A DNA stretch of 64,000 bases, taken from positions 1,624 to 65,623 of the forward strand of contig JBKQQS010000019.1 of assembly GCA_052144215.1 (NCBI GenBank). Direction: 5' to 3'. A model generated the notes under the pieces. The model searched no databases. It was not told where the DNA came from and worked only from the letters and a program-made list of their open reading frames with translations. This document shows, in pieces, positions 1 through 10,327 of the stretch (positions are counted from its first letter, which is position 1; each line of letters starts with the position of its first letter). The position numbers and the translations under genes are program-made. The DNA comes from Rhodomicrobium sp. Lineage in GTDB: Bacteria; Pseudomonadota; Alphaproteobacteria; Rhizobiales; Rhodomicrobiaceae.

Positions 1-1641
1 CTCCACGTCCTGCGCGACCGCAACCGCGGCCTCACCGAGGAGATCGCGACCGAGCTTAAAGCCAAGCTTGAAGCGCAATCCATTCATGCGGAGGTCTCAA
101 GCCGCGAAAAAAAGCCGTATTCGATCTGGCTTAAAATGCAGAACAAGCAGATCGGCCTCGAGCAACTCTCCGACGTTTACGGCTTCCGGGTCATCGTGCC
201 CACCGTCGGGGACTGCTATGCGGCGCTTGGCGCGGTGCACACGACCTGGCGCGTCGTGCCGGGCCGCTTCAAGGATTACATCTCGACGCCGAAGCACAAC
301 GACTACCAATCCATCCACACCACCATCGTTGGCCCAAGGCACCAGCGAGTGGAGCTGCAAATCCGCACTGCAGACATGCATCAGATCGCGGAATACGGTG
401 TCGCCGCTCACTCTGGCTATAAGCTTGCAGCGCATGCGAAACTGAATGGCGACGCGCATGCAAACATAGCGGTTAGCGGCCCAGGCGAAAGCTCAGCCTA
501 TCAATGGCTTCGCAAGCTGGTCGATAATTTGCTCGAAGGAGACAACCCCGAGGAGTTTCTCGAACATACCAAACTTGAGCTGTTCCTCGATCAGGTTTTT
601 TGCTTCACGCCGAAGGGGCGCCTGATCGCTCTTCCGCGCGGCGCGAATGCTATCGACTTCGCATACGCAGTCCACACCGATGTCGGCAACCGCTGCGTCG
701 GCGCAAAGATCAACGGCCGGCATATGCCGCTCATGAACGAGCTTAAGAACGGCGATGAAGTGGAGATCATTCTCTCAGACGCTCAAACGCCGCCCGCAGC
801 CTGGGAAGGCGCAGTCATCACGGGCAAGGCGCGCTCGGCCATCCGGCGTGCGACGAAAGAGGCCGTTCGCAAACAATATCTTTCGCTTGGCCGCGACATT
901 ATGAAAGCGGCCATCGAGCGCACGGAGAAGCCTTACGCGGACAGCGTGTTAGCGCCCGCACTTCCACGGCTTGGCCAGAAGAGCGTTGAAGATCTGCTTA
1001 CCGCTGTGGGCCGGGGCGAGATTTCAGCCGACGAGGTCCTGGCGGTCACCGATCCGGATGCCGTCAAAAACGTGGCGCCGAAACGGCGCACGATCACGCG
1101 CAATGACGAGGGCTGGTTCAATTTGCGCCGGGTGAAAAGTTTCAAATTCCGCTTGCCGGCCTTGCTCAGCAGCTCCGTCCAAGAGGACGGGCCGGGGATT
1201 CCGATACGGGGCGTGAACGGCACCTCGGTCATCCATCTCGCCGATGGCGGCGCTGTGCCGGGCGAGCGCATTGTCGGTATCCTCGATCCTGGCGAAGGGA
1301 TCACGATCTACCCTATCCACTCGCCGCAGTTGCGGGCATTCGAGGATCAGCTCGACCGCTGGATCGATGTCACCTGGGACATCCGCGAAGGCGCGACGGA
1401 GCTTTTCCCTGCGCGCATCCGTGTGGTTGCGCTGAACGAGCCTGGCACGCTCGGCCGGATCGCGAGCATCATCGGCTCGGAGGGCGCGAACATCGACAAG
1501 CTGCAGATGGTCAGCCGGGCGCGCGATTACACGGAGATGCTCATCGATATCGAGGTGCTCGACCTGAAGCATTTGACGGACATCCTAAATGGAGTCAAAA
1601 ACCTGAATGTCGTGAGCGAAGCGAATCGCATTCTGGCGTGA
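1..1641 (+). CDS. spoT: RelA/SpoT (p)ppGpp synthetase/hydrolase, 5' end outside the window
   Basis: Frame is open from position 1. Synthetase motifs (GFRVIV, KDYISTPKHNDYQSIHT, ELQIRT), TGS domain (FTPKG...DFAYAVHT) and C-terminal ACT domain (NEPGTLGRIASIIG). Confidence 0.95.
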   Translation, partial: LHVLRDRNRGLTEEIATELKAKLEAQSIHAEVSSREKKPYSIWLKMQNKQIGLEQLSDVYGFRVIVPTVGDCYAALGAVHTTWRVVPGRFKDYISTPKHNDYQSIHTTIVGPRHQRVELQIRTADMHQIAEYGVAAHSGYKLAAHAKLNGDAHANIAVSGPGESSAYQWLRKLVDNLLEGDNPEEFLEHTKLELFLDQVFCFTPKGRLIALPRGANAIDFAYAVHTDVGNRCVGAKINGRHMPLMNELKNGDEVEIILSDAQTPPAAWEGAVITGKARSAIRRATKEAVRKQYLSLGRDIMKAAIERTEKPYADSVLAPALPRLGQKSVEDLLTAVGRGEISADEVLAVTDPDAVKNVAPKRRTITRNDEGWFNLRRVKSFKFRLPALLSSSVQEDGPGIPIRGVNGTSVIHLADGGAVPGERIVGILDPGEGITIYPIHSPQLRAFEDQLDRWIDVTWDIREGATELFPARIRVVALNEPGTLGRIASIIGSEGANIDKLQMVSRARDYTEMLIDIEVLDLKHLTDILNGVKNLNVVSEANRILA

Positions 1642-1675
1642 GCACCTGTGCACAATGCCAGCGTGACCCGTCCTC

Positions 1676-2149
1676 TCACCGGCGGCGCGGCCCAGGCTGC
1701 CAATCCGCAAGCTTAGACCGGCCCGTGGATGTCATTTTGACGGCTGCGGATGCGATCACGTCCTGCAACAACTTCTCGAGACGAAGATGTGCGGCCTCCG
1801 CCTCCGACATTGCCTCCCGCGTGGCCGCCTCGTTGTAAGGCTCAGCGCGCAACGCCAGCCGCACGCGATCTTGGGAGCGGTGGACGGTTGCGTGCGCTTC
1901 CCCAATTGCGCCGGACCTTTCACCGAATTCCATTCGAAGCACGCTTGCATCCTCGGGCGGAAGCCGGGCTGCAAGCATCTCAAATTGGTACGCGGGGCCT
2001 CCCTTCCCGTAGGGTGCCGGCTTCGGCGAAGAAGAGCTCACCAAAAACGCCCCAATGCCACAGATTAGAAAGAGGTTCAGGGCCAAGGACCATAGGGTTA
2101 TTCCATGCCAGGGGCGATTTTCTGCGAAAAGAGTCTCTTGCAGGCTCAT
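1676..2149 (-). CDS. Periplasmic heavy-metal sensor / Spy-CpxP-like helical protein
   Basis: ATG at 2149 overlaps the upstream stop (TGATG). One N-terminal TM segment (SLALNLFLICGIG), then a helical region ending MTSTGRSKLA, typical of the Metal_resist family. Third gene of the ECF operon. Confidence 0.65.
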   Translation of the reverse strand: MSLQETLFAENRPWHGITLWSLALNLFLICGIGAFLVSSSSPKPAPYGKGGPAYQFEMLAARLPPEDASVLRMEFGERSGAIGEAHATVHRSQDRVRLALRAEPYNEAATREAMSEAEAAHLRLEKLLQDVIASAAVKMTSTGRSKLADWQPGPRRR

Positions 2150-2625
2150 CAGAATGTTCCGATTGCGGTATCGGTTTCGAATAAAACGGCGGTCACATCC
2201 GTGCCGGCTCCCGAAGCTGCTGCCATCGCCTGCCGGTCTTCCAACATGGACCTTTCTGCCCAAAAGAGACCAAAAGCGATGCCAAGACCAGCGGCAAAGC
2301 TTAAAACCGCCACGCGCGGCCAGAGCGCGCCCGGCGCGGGCAAAAACGCGTGCAGCCTCGATACCTTTCGCATGGCTGCCGCTTGAGCCGGAAGCTTTTT
2401 TGGGAGTCCCGCAAGGATGTGGAAAGCGATCTGCTCGGGATCGCTTTCAACGCCGCTGAGGGTATGCTCGATCAAGCGGTCGAGATGGCGAGCTCCGTCA
2501 AAGGCCTTTGCAGCGCTTGAATTGCTGGCGATGAGCCGCTCAGCGGCGATCCGGTCGGCTTCGGGCCATTTCGCCAGATTGCTGCCGCGGCTGTCGAGAA
2601 GTTCTTGAAATCGGACGCGGTTCAT
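2149..2625 (-). CDS. Probable membrane anti-sigma factor
   Basis: Directly follows the ECF sigma gene. N-terminus RFQELLDSRGSNLAKWP and a single C-terminal TM helix. Confidence 0.6.
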   Translation of the reverse strand: MNRVRFQELLDSRGSNLAKWPEADRIAAERLIASNSSAAKAFDGARHLDRLIEHTLSGVESDPEQIAFHILAGLPKKLPAQAAAMRKVSRLHAFLPAPGALWPRVAVLSFAAGLGIAFGLFWAERSMLEDRQAMAAASGAGTDVTAVLFETDTAIGTF

Positions 2626-2637
2626 AGCCGGCTTTCC

Positions 2638-3186
2638 TTAACTTGCTGCATCGAGTATCGCGCCTAACTTGGCACGCAGCGTTCGCTTCGCGCGGACGAG
2701 CAAAGCCTCGACGCTTGAAATCGTCGTATCGAGCACCGATGCCGTCTCCGCGTTGCTCAATCCTTCGTAGTAGGTGAGCACAATGGCAGCCCGCTGCCTA
2801 TCCGGAAGCTGCGCGATCGTCGTTGCGATAAGGCGGTCCGTTTGACGGCTCGCAAGCCCATCGGCGGCGGATGGAGACGGATCGGGAGGATCGCAGGCTT
2901 CCTCAAGCGGGACGAAAGCCTTTTCGCGGCGCCGGTTGAGGCAAAGATTGAGCGTCACGCGATAAAGCCAGGTCCGGAAAGCAGCGGTGGCGTGCCAGCG
3001 TGGCGCATTGACCCAAACACGGATCATTGCCTCCTGAACGATCTCTTCAGCATCTGCATCGTTCATTAGCATGCGCCTCGTGAGCGCAAACGTCTTCGCG
3101 GCGTGACGGCCCATTAGGCATCGGAAGGCGCATTCGTCGCCTTGAGCTACGCGCAGCATCAGTTCCTCGTCGCTCGTTTTCTCCAA
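2638..3186 (-). CDS. ECF RNA polymerase sigma factor
   Basis: Region 2 (DAEEIVQEAMIRVW, FRTWLYRVTLN) and region 4 (LPDRQRAAIVLTYYEGLSNAETASVL, SLLVRAKRTLR). Confidence 0.9.
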   Translation of the reverse strand: MEKTSDEELMLRVAQGDECAFRCLMGRHAAKTFALTRRMLMNDADAEEIVQEAMIRVWVNAPRWHATAAFRTWLYRVTLNLCLNRRREKAFVPLEEACDPPDPSPSAADGLASRQTDRLIATTIAQLPDRQRAAIVLTYYEGLSNAETASVLDTTISSVEALLVRAKRTLRAKLGAILDAAS

Positions 3187-3605
3187 GCCGTCCGCTTCCT
3201 ACTCCCAATCATGCGCCCCGGGATAGGAGCGCTGCGCCACTTCTATTTTTGGGAGATAACACAACGCTTGGCCTAATCATTGTGTGTGCGTTTTTACACG
3301 CAAACGCCCCAATAGCCACGCGGATTGGCTTTCCCGCCTTATACACCCCGTACATCATGGGATCGATTGAGTCCCCGTTACCTCATGAACCCGCCCCGAA
3401 ACAAAATCCTGCGCGTGACGGACAGTTTTTTGGCGCTGGCGGCCTGTGACCGAGCATCGGGCGATCGAAGGTCCCAAGCATCAGCGCAGGAAATCGCCAA
3501 GGCCTGGGTTTAAGCCAATGAACCCCTTACTGCTGCTTGCAATGGAAATTCCCTAAGTCCCCGTAGCAGTTGGGATCCTCAAACAACCATGAAATGGAGA
3601 GATCC

Positions 3606-4190
3606 GTGGACCGTGATGATTACACTTCGGGGGCGAAGTCGCTGCATTGGCTGATCGCCCTGTTGATTTTTTTCCTATTTCCGCTCGCCTGGGTTATGGG
3701 CGATCTGCCTGGCGTACAAAAGGCGCAAGCCTACAACTTGCACAAGTCGCTCGGCATCACCGTCCTGGCCTTGATGGCGCTTCGCCTCCTATGGCGCGGT
3801 TTCTATGCCGCGCCCGCTCTGCCTTCCACAATGCCAAAGCTAGAGCGCACCGCCGCTAAGCTTGGACATGGTGGACTCTATGTGCTGCTTTTCGCGCTGC
3901 CGCTGAGCGGTTGGGCGATGATATCTACGTCAAAGAGACAATCGCTTCTGTTTGAATATTTCGACTTTCCGCTTCTACCTTGGCTCAGCGAACTCCCTGA
4001 CGGCGCAAAGAAAAGCTACCATGAAAGCTTTGAAAGTGCGCATGGCATACTTGCCTACCTGCTGCTTTTCCTCGTTGCGGTCCACGCCGGGGCGGCCCTC
4101 CGTCACGCCATTCTGCTCAAGGATGGAATCTTTTCCCGCATGTTGCTTCGCTTCGGACGCGGTTCCGGTCCGTCGGTCAGCGCACACTAA
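3606..4190 (+). CDS. Cytochrome b561 (CybB/YceJ family)
   Basis: Four TM helices with heme-ligand His motifs LHWLIA, LHKSLG, AHG and VHAGAALRH. GGAG RBS before the GTG at 3606. Confidence 0.85.
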   Translation: MDRDDYTSGAKSLHWLIALLIFFLFPLAWVMGDLPGVQKAQAYNLHKSLGITVLALMALRLLWRGFYAAPALPSTMPKLERTAAKLGHGGLYVLLFALPLSGWAMISTSKRQSLLFEYFDFPLLPWLSELPDGAKKSYHESFESAHGILAYLLLFLVAVHAGAALRHAILLKDGIFSRMLLRFGRGSGPSVSAH

Positions 4191-4274
4191 AGATCTCTCC
4201 TTTGCCTCAAGCCCGGCACGGACAAAAGCTTATCGCGAGCCGGGCTGCTCAACATCTCATAAAGGAGTGGCAGT

Positions 4275-4502
4275 TTGTTCTTGAAATCCGACGATCCCGT
4301 TTACTGGTTGAGCAAGGCCAGGGACGCGCAAGCGCGCGCTGAGGGTTTACAGAAAGACCTCGCGAGCCGGTCTCTCCTTCTGGAGATTGCCGAAGACTAC
4401 TTCTGGCTCGCCGATTACGTGCGGAGGCGCCAATTATTCCGGTCGCCTGCTGCGCCGTTTGCAACGAGGTCTAGTACCGTGGCAAGCGCAGCGTGCCGGT
4501 AG
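4275..4502 (+). CDS. Small hypothetical protein
   Basis: AAGGAG RBS 7 nt upstream of a TTG. YWLSKARDAQARAE...LLLEIAEDYFWLA resembles small helical proteins common in Rhizobiales. Confidence 0.5.
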   Translation: MFLKSDDPVYWLSKARDAQARAEGLQKDLASRSLLLEIAEDYFWLADYVRRRQLFRSPAAPFATRSSTVASAACR

Positions 4503-4804
4503 TCCGGCTCATTTCCGTGCTTCGGGGGAGCACGCTTTCAGGCGGCCTCATCGAATTCGGATTCGATTCGCCACGCGGACAACGGACGGCAGCAAGCGTA
4601 AATCCAGGCCTCGCCTATATCGGCGAGACTTGCCAGGTTTCGGCAGAAGCTCTGCTTCCTCTCAACCGGGACGGAGGGAGCGGGGCGGGAGCAAGGCTGC
4701 AAATCCTGTTCTTTATCGATGACATCGCGCCCTCGCTTTTCGGGAAGCCGCTGCTCTCGGAGCAGCGCGTAATCAGCCGCGTTGAAACGTTCGGCTCGCC
4801 CTGA
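4493..4804 (+). CDS. Hypothetical protein
   Basis: 103-aa ORF overlapping the stop of the previous ORF; no family recognised. Confidence 0.3.
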   Translation: MPVVRLISVLRGSTLSGGLIEFGFDSPRGQRTAASVNPGLAYIGETCQVSAEALLPLNRDGGSGAGARLQILFFIDDIAPSLFGKPLLSEQRVISRVETFGSP

Positions 4805-5104
4805 GACATGAGCATACTCGCGCAAACGCCTCGCTCAGTACATTGGAGTCGCGGTTACAGGCACCGTGGGCCATGAGGCCACTTTGATAGCTTTTGCAAC
4901 CAGCGGCCCATCCCGCCCCGTTTGCTGGTCTTTCAGAGTTTATACAAGCAGCTATATTGTATGAACCATGTTCGAAGCCTACTTCGGGTTAAAAAACGTT
5001 ATCAGCGTTAAAGTGAAGGCCGCTACGAACTGGAAGGAGAAGCGGGAGCGTTGACCGCCCGTGCAAGCTTGCTTTACAGAATTATCGAGGACGGTTGAGA
5101 ACCC

Positions 5105-5698
5105 ATGCTGACACAAGAAGCCGCACTCCAAGAATTCCGCGACGCGGGCGCTCTGCTCGAAGGCCATTTCGTCCTCACGTCCGGCTATCATTCGAGCGCC
5201 TATCTGCAGTGCGCGCGCGTTCTCATGGACCCGCGCCGGGCAGAGCGGCTTTGCGCCGCACTTGCGGCAAAACTGCGCAGTGCTGGCTTGGTCGAGGACC
5301 TGGACCTCATCGTTTCGCCTGCGATGGGCGGCGTGATCGTGGGCTATGAGATGGGCCGGCAGCTCGGTGTGCCGGCAATTTTTTTCGAGCGCGTGGACGG
5401 AGCCTTTAAGTTGCGCCGCGGTTTCGAGATCGCGCCTGGGCAACGCTGCCTTATGGTGGAAGACGTTGTGACGACTGGATTATCTTCCCGCGAATGCATC
5501 GAGGCAGCACAAGCTCTGGGCGCAAATGTCATAGCTGCGGCGGCGCTTGCCGACCGGTCGGCAGGGCGTGCCGCTCTGCCGGTTCCCTTCGCCGCACTCA
5601 TCTCGCTTGACATTCCTCACTTCCCGCCCGATCAACTGCCTGCTTCTTTGCAACGAATACCTGCCATCAAACCGGGAAGCCGGGGGTTGAAGGTTTAA
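5105..5698 (+). CDS. pyrE: Orotate phosphoribosyltransferase
   Basis: GHFVLTSGYHS motif and PRPP-binding motif LMVEDVVTTGLS. Confidence 0.93.
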   Translation: MLTQEAALQEFRDAGALLEGHFVLTSGYHSSAYLQCARVLMDPRRAERLCAALAAKLRSAGLVEDLDLIVSPAMGGVIVGYEMGRQLGVPAIFFERVDGAFKLRRGFEIAPGQRCLMVEDVVTTGLSSRECIEAAQALGANVIAAAALADRSAGRAALPVPFAALISLDIPHFPPDQLPASLQRIPAIKPGSRGLKV

Positions 5699-5775
5699 GC
5701 GCGTATGTATACTCTTAATGGAGCATTAGGGGATGACGCCCTCAGGGCGCGCCCCTCATAGGCGGGCTGGGTGAT

Positions 5776-6366
5776 ATGCTTTTTAGACGCAAAAAACAGC
5801 TTTCCCCAGCGATGCGCCTGCGGCAAGCGGTGTGGCCTACGCGCAGCTTTAAGCGCTCATTCCGCTATATGGAGCTTCGGCTCTGGCGGATTGAGGCGTC
5901 TCCCCATAGCATCGCTCTCGGCTGCGCCGTTGGCGTGTTTGCGATATTCACGCCGTTCCTCGGCTTTCAAATGATGCTCGCGGCCTTGCTCGCCTTGGTT
6001 TTCCGCGCCAGCGTCTTCGCCTCCGCAGTCGGCACTTTCGCCGGAAATCCGTTAACATATCCTGTCATCTGGATATCGACTTTTACAGTCGGCAACGTTT
6101 TTCTCGATAGCTCAGCCAATGCTGAGATTAGCCAGCTCTCGACCGGAGCCGAAGCGCTTAGCCGCAGCCTGCGGGATGCTTCTGCCGATGGCGTCGCCTC
6201 GGCAGTCGAGGGCCTTTGGCCGATCTTGAAGCCCATGGCCGTTGGCTCGCTTCCACTTGGCGGCCTAACCGCTATCCTCACTTACTTCCTCGTCCGCCAA
6301 GTTGCCGGTGCCCGCAAAGGCATACGCACCGTTAAGGCTGGGGCCCGCTTGCCCTCGCTCCGGTGA
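5776..6366 (+). CDS. DUF2062 family membrane protein
   Basis: [20 protein letters not shown] and [11 protein letters not shown] motifs; usual neighbour of pyrE/pdxJ in Rhizobiales. Confidence 0.8.
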   Translation: MLFRRKKQLSPAMRLRQAVWPTRSFKRSFRYMELRLWRIEASPHSIALGCAVGVFAIFTPFLGFQMMLAALLALVFRASVFASAVGTFAGNPLTYPVIWISTFTVGNVFLDSSANAEISQLSTGAEALSRSLRDASADGVASAVEGLWPILKPMAVGSLPLGGLTAILTYFLVRQVAGARKGIRTVKAGARLPSLR

Positions 6367-6376
6367 GGATTGTTCG

Positions 6377-7165
6377 ATGGATGGACAGCGCCCCGTTCGC
6401 TTGGGGCTGAATATCGACCATGTTGCAACGCTACGTAACGCGCGAGGGGCTACGCGCCCCGATCCCATCCGCGCAGCGAAAATGGCAATCGAAGCCGGCG
6501 CCGATGGCATAACCGCCCATCTGCGCGAGGATCGCCGTCACATCCGCGACGAGGACATTGCCCGCCTGATGGCGGAGGTTCGCGCGCCGCTCAATCTTGA
6601 GATGGCCGCGACGGACGAGATGACCGCCATCGCGATACGCTCCGCGCCGCACGCCTGCTGCATCGTGCCGGAGCGCCGGGAGGAGATCACTACCGAAGGC
6701 GGCCTCGACGCGGCGGGAAGCTACGGCGCTCTGGCTCCCATGGTGCGCCGCTTATTGGAGAGCGGCATCCGGGTTTCCCTTTTCGTCGATCCTGAGCCAC
6801 GCCAGATCGATGGCGCCGCGCGGCTTCAGGCGCCGGTTGTCGAGCTTCACACCGGACAATATTGCGAAGCGTGGCTCGCGGGCGATGCCGCAGCTGCGGA
6901 GCGCGAGCTGCGGCGGCTCGCCGATGCTGCGCAGCTCGCAGAGCAGGCGGGGATCGAAGTCCACGCCGGTCACGGCCTCGACTTCGACACCGCCGTTCAC
7001 CTTGCCGCCTTGCCGCAAATCCGCGAGTTGAACATTGGGCATTTCATCATCGGCGAGGCGGTCTTCACCGGCTTGGGGCAAGCGATTTTGCGGATGCGCG
7101 AGGCCATTGCGCGAGGTGTCGCGGCGCGCCCTTTGCAGCAGCAAGCCGCGCAGCAGCAGCAATAG
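6377..7165 (+). CDS. pdxJ: Pyridoxine 5'-phosphate synthase
   Basis: [37 protein letters not shown] and ELNIGH motifs. ATG at 6377 follows GAGG. Confidence 0.96.
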   Translation: MDGQRPVRLGLNIDHVATLRNARGATRPDPIRAAKMAIEAGADGITAHLREDRRHIRDEDIARLMAEVRAPLNLEMAATDEMTAIAIRSAPHACCIVPERREEITTEGGLDAAGSYGALAPMVRRLLESGIRVSLFVDPEPRQIDGAARLQAPVVELHTGQYCEAWLAGDAAAAERELRRLADAAQLAEQAGIEVHAGHGLDFDTAVHLAALPQIRELNIGHFIIGEAVFTGLGQAILRMREAIARGVAARPLQQQAAQQQQ

Positions 7166-7187
7166 CGCCGGCCCGCATGGAGATCGC

Positions 7188-7592
7188 ATGATCATCGGTA
7201 TCGGCAGCGACATGATCGACATCCGCCGCATCGAGCAGACGATCGGCCGCTATGGCGACCGCTTCCTCGACAGGATTTTCACCGGGACTGAGCGCGCCAA
7301 ATCCGACGCCCGCACGGCCCGCGCCGCGTCCTACGCTAAGCGCTTTGCCGCCAAGGAGGCTTGCTCGAAGGCTCTCGGCACCGGGTTGAAGCACGGCGTA
7401 TTCTGGCGCGACATGGGTGTGGTGAATCTGGCTAGCGGCCAGCCCACGATCGAACTCACCGGCGGCGCTGCGCAGCGCCTGCGGCAGCTCATCCCCGCGA
7501 ATCACGAGGCGCATATACACATCACCATCACGGACGATTATCCGCTCGCGCATGCCTTCGTGATTATCTCGGCCGACCCGTCCGGCAGCTGA
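7188..7592 (+). CDS. acpS: Holo-ACP synthase
   Basis: [15 protein letters not shown] and [17 protein letters not shown] motifs. Confidence 0.96.
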   Translation: MIIGIGSDMIDIRRIEQTIGRYGDRFLDRIFTGTERAKSDARTARAASYAKRFAAKEACSKALGTGLKHGVFWRDMGVVNLASGQPTIELTGGAAQRLRQLIPANHEAHIHITITDDYPLAHAFVIISADPSGS

Positions 7593-7611
7593 GCCGCGCA
7601 CCGCTCCGCTT

Positions 7612-8028
7612 TTATTGCAGCCGCAAAGCACTTAGCGCGGCCGCCCAGCCGGGAGAGTGGCTTTTCTGGGCCTCACGGGGGGCCGTTACCGTATTAGCGC
7701 ATGCCCCCGCTTCATCGAGAACGACAAGACGCTGAGGCTTGAGCACTGTCTTAAAGCCAACTTTGAGGGTGTTACGATTAATGCGCCACGCATTGTAATA
7801 AGTGCCGAATGCTTGGTTGAATGTTATGTATCGCGTCCCGACCACAACAGATTTAGGGTCGAGATTCGTCACAGGCCGGCCGCCTTTAAGTACATTTTTG
7901 TCTTTTATTTCCAGAGCGAGCTTGTTCCCCACGCGAAGCGTACAGTTTAGCTGTATGCCGGCTGCCTCAACCTGTTCCATGTAAGCGCAAGATATGATTG
8001 CAATGGCTGATAAAATCGCCTTCTTCAT
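7612..8028 (-). CDS. Hypothetical secreted protein
   Basis: Signal-peptide-like N-terminus (MKKAILSAIAIISCAY...EAA) and a beta-rich mature region with two Cys. Confidence 0.6.
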   Translation of the reverse strand: MKKAILSAIAIISCAYMEQVEAAGIQLNCTLRVGNKLALEIKDKNVLKGGRPVTNLDPKSVVVGTRYITFNQAFGTYYNAWRINRNTLKVGFKTVLKPQRLVVLDEAGACANTVTAPREAQKSHSPGWAAALSALRLQ

Positions 8029-8631
8029 CGCTGTCCCGCCTCAAAACGTGGAAATTTCAGTAACCTGACAACGCTGGAGAAAACCCTGCCCGTTTCCGAT
8101 CCACGTCTTTGAAAACGATTGGAGCCCGCCCATTATTCCGTGTTGAGTACAAACCTCGCCTGGCTCGCGCCTTGTTGAACAGCGCTAACGTACCGCCGGC
8201 GGCCGTCCCGGCCGGCCGGTAAGCAACCCGATTGAATGCTTCCCCGGCCGTCACGCTCGACCGGTGCCATTTTCCGCCGCCGCGCTGTTTACGATTGCCC
8301 CACATCGCCCAACCGCTCGAAGGCGCTTCTTTGAGCCGCCATCATAGAGAAAGCGCCTTGCCAAAGCTTTAACTAGCCACAATGATTTGGCCAACGCATT
8401 GATAATGCATCACAAAACCTAGACGTCGCCGCGCGCTTCCAGAAAGCCGCCTGTGGCCCTTTTTGGTTAATTCAAAACTAGCAATATATTTAACGGACTT
8501 TTTGAATCGCACATTCCGGGGTAAAAACGCGAAAAATCGCGAGTTTTGCGGTAGGAAATTATAAAAACCCACCCCCGTTTACCATTCCGGTATTAACTAT
8601 GGTTTAGAGCGGCATGCGGCGCACGCAGCCC

Positions 8632-8731
8632 TCATCGCGAAGCGCCTTGGCGCCGTGGCGATCCATAACAGCATCGGTGAACTTTGCCGTGGATTGCTTC
8701 CGGCTTCGCTTCGCTCGCCGTCGCAATGACG
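8632..8731. repeat. Intergenic palindromic element (RPE/RIME-like), copy 1
   Basis: Arms tcatcgcgaagcgccttggcgccgtggcgatcca ... tggattgcttccggcttcgcttcgctcgccgtcgcaatgacg; a diverged reverse-complement of 14034-14123. Confidence 0.75.
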
Positions 8732-8929
8732 CGATCCTCGTTTCGCGCACACCGCTCTGGAGCTACATAGATAATACCCGGTTCAATAGTTCATGGACGC
8801 CGTCGTCCCGGATTAGCCGGATTCGATGGGCCAGGGCATCGCGTTTGCAACAAAATGTGGATCTGGACGCCTGCTGCCACCGTAGCGGTTGACAGTGCGG
8901 CCTCCGGGGGCGACTTATCATGTGCTGAT

Positions 8930-9108
8930 CGATGCATGCGGGAGAGACCAGCCGACGCTGGCGCCGAAGGAGCAACCGCCCCGGAAACTCTCAGGCAGAA
9001 GGACCGCGTGCAGACAGCACTCTGGAAAGCAGCCGCCGCGCTGGCGGCTCACCGATGGGGTAGGCCCGGATTCCGGGCGAAATCTCTCAGGTTCCGTGAC
9101 AGAGGGGG
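8930..9108 (+). ncRNA. Tandem glycine riboswitch
   Basis: Two aptamers with the conserved motifs GGAGAGA...CGCCGAAGGAGCAA...ACTCTCAGGC and TCTGGAAAG...CACCGATGGGG...ATCTCTCAGGT...GACAGAGG, directly upstream of gcvT. Confidence 0.92.
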
Positions 9109-9141
9109 CGCAGAGCCGCGAAAGCGGGACGCCTTTTTGTC

Positions 9142-10311
9142 ATGGATGAACCGATGAGCGAGCCTCGATCCACACCCCCTTCCCCCAACGGCGCAGCCAA
9201 ACTCCGTTTGACGCCCTTGAACGCGCTGCACCGCGAGCTTGGCGCTAAGCTCGTGCCTTTTGCAGGCTATGAGATGCCGCTTCAATACGCGGCGGGCATT
9301 GTCAAAGAGCACAATCATGTGAGGAGCGCCGCCGGACTTTTCGATGTCTCGCATATGGGGCAAGCCCGGCTCGCCGGCCCGGATTTCGAGACAGCCGCAG
9401 CGGCGCTCGAAACGCTCGCTCCAGCGGATATTCTCGGCCTCAAGCCGGGCCGCATCCGCTACACGCAGCTCTTGAATGGCCGCGGCGGCATAATCGACGA
9501 TCTGATGGTGACGCGCGATAGCGAGGGGCACGGTCTTTCGGTTGTTGTCAACGCTTCGCGCAAAGTGATCGATTTTGCCTATATCGCGGCACACCTGCCG
9601 GTGAACGTACAGCTTGCTCCGGAAGAGGACCGGGCGCTGCTCGCACTGCAAGGCCCGAAAGCCGAAAGTGTGCTTTCGCGTTCGATTCCGGGCGTGGGGG
9701 CGTTGGGCTTTATGACAGCTGCAATATTCCACGTGAATTCGGATCCGGTCTTTGTCTCACGCTCGGGCTACACGGGCGAGGACGGCTTCGAAATCTCGGT
9801 GAGCGCAGCATCGGCCGTAAATCTCGCCCGCCAGTTGCTTGCCGAGCCCGAAGTCTTGCCCATCGGGCTTGGCGCGCGCGATACGCTGCGGCTTGAGGCC
9901 GGCCTGCCTCTCTACGGTCAGGATATGGACGAAGCGGCCTCGCCGGTCGAGGCTGGGCTTTCCTTCTCGATCGGCAAGCGCCGGCGGGCTGAAGGCGGCT
10001 TTCCTGGCGCGGAACGCGTTCTTCGCGAGCTTGCCGGGGGGCCGGCCCGCCTGCGCGTTGGCCTCAAGCTCGAAGGCCGGGCCGCCGCGCGAACCGGCAT
10101 GAAGGTTGCCGATGCGGCCGGCAACGCCATCGGCGAAGTGACGAGCGGAGCCTTTACGCCAACGGCAGCCGCCTCCATCGCGATGGCCTATGTTCCGCCG
10201 GCGATGAGCAAGCCCGGTACGCAACTCGCTGTCGAAATCCGCGGCGCGCTACTTCCCGCCCGCATCGTTCCTATGCCCTTCGTTCCCCATCGTTACGCCC
10301 GCCAGGCTTAA
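9142..10311 (+). CDS. gcvT: Glycine cleavage T protein (aminomethyltransferase)
   Basis: [22 protein letters not shown] and [18 protein letters not shown] motifs. Confidence 0.96.
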   Translation: MDEPMSEPRSTPPSPNGAAKLRLTPLNALHRELGAKLVPFAGYEMPLQYAAGIVKEHNHVRSAAGLFDVSHMGQARLAGPDFETAAAALETLAPADILGLKPGRIRYTQLLNGRGGIIDDLMVTRDSEGHGLSVVVNASRKVIDFAYIAAHLPVNVQLAPEEDRALLALQGPKAESVLSRSIPGVGALGFMTAAIFHVNSDPVFVSRSGYTGEDGFEISVSAASAVNLARQLLAEPEVLPIGLGARDTLRLEAGLPLYGQDMDEAASPVEAGLSFSIGKRRRAEGGFPGAERVLRELAGGPARLRVGLKLEGRAAARTGMKVADAAGNAIGEVTSGAFTPTAAASIAMAYVPPAMSKPGTQLAVEIRGALLPARIVPMPFVPHRYARQA

Positions 10312-10327
10312 GCAGAGGTCAGACACC

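Noticed and set aside
8398-8412. TTGAT-N5-ATCAC as an FNR/FixK box
   Set aside because: Spacing and right half-site do not fit TTGAT-N4-ATCAA.
8889-8921. TTGACA...TATCAT promoter for the gcv leader
   Set aside because: The spacer is 21 nt, too long to call confidently.
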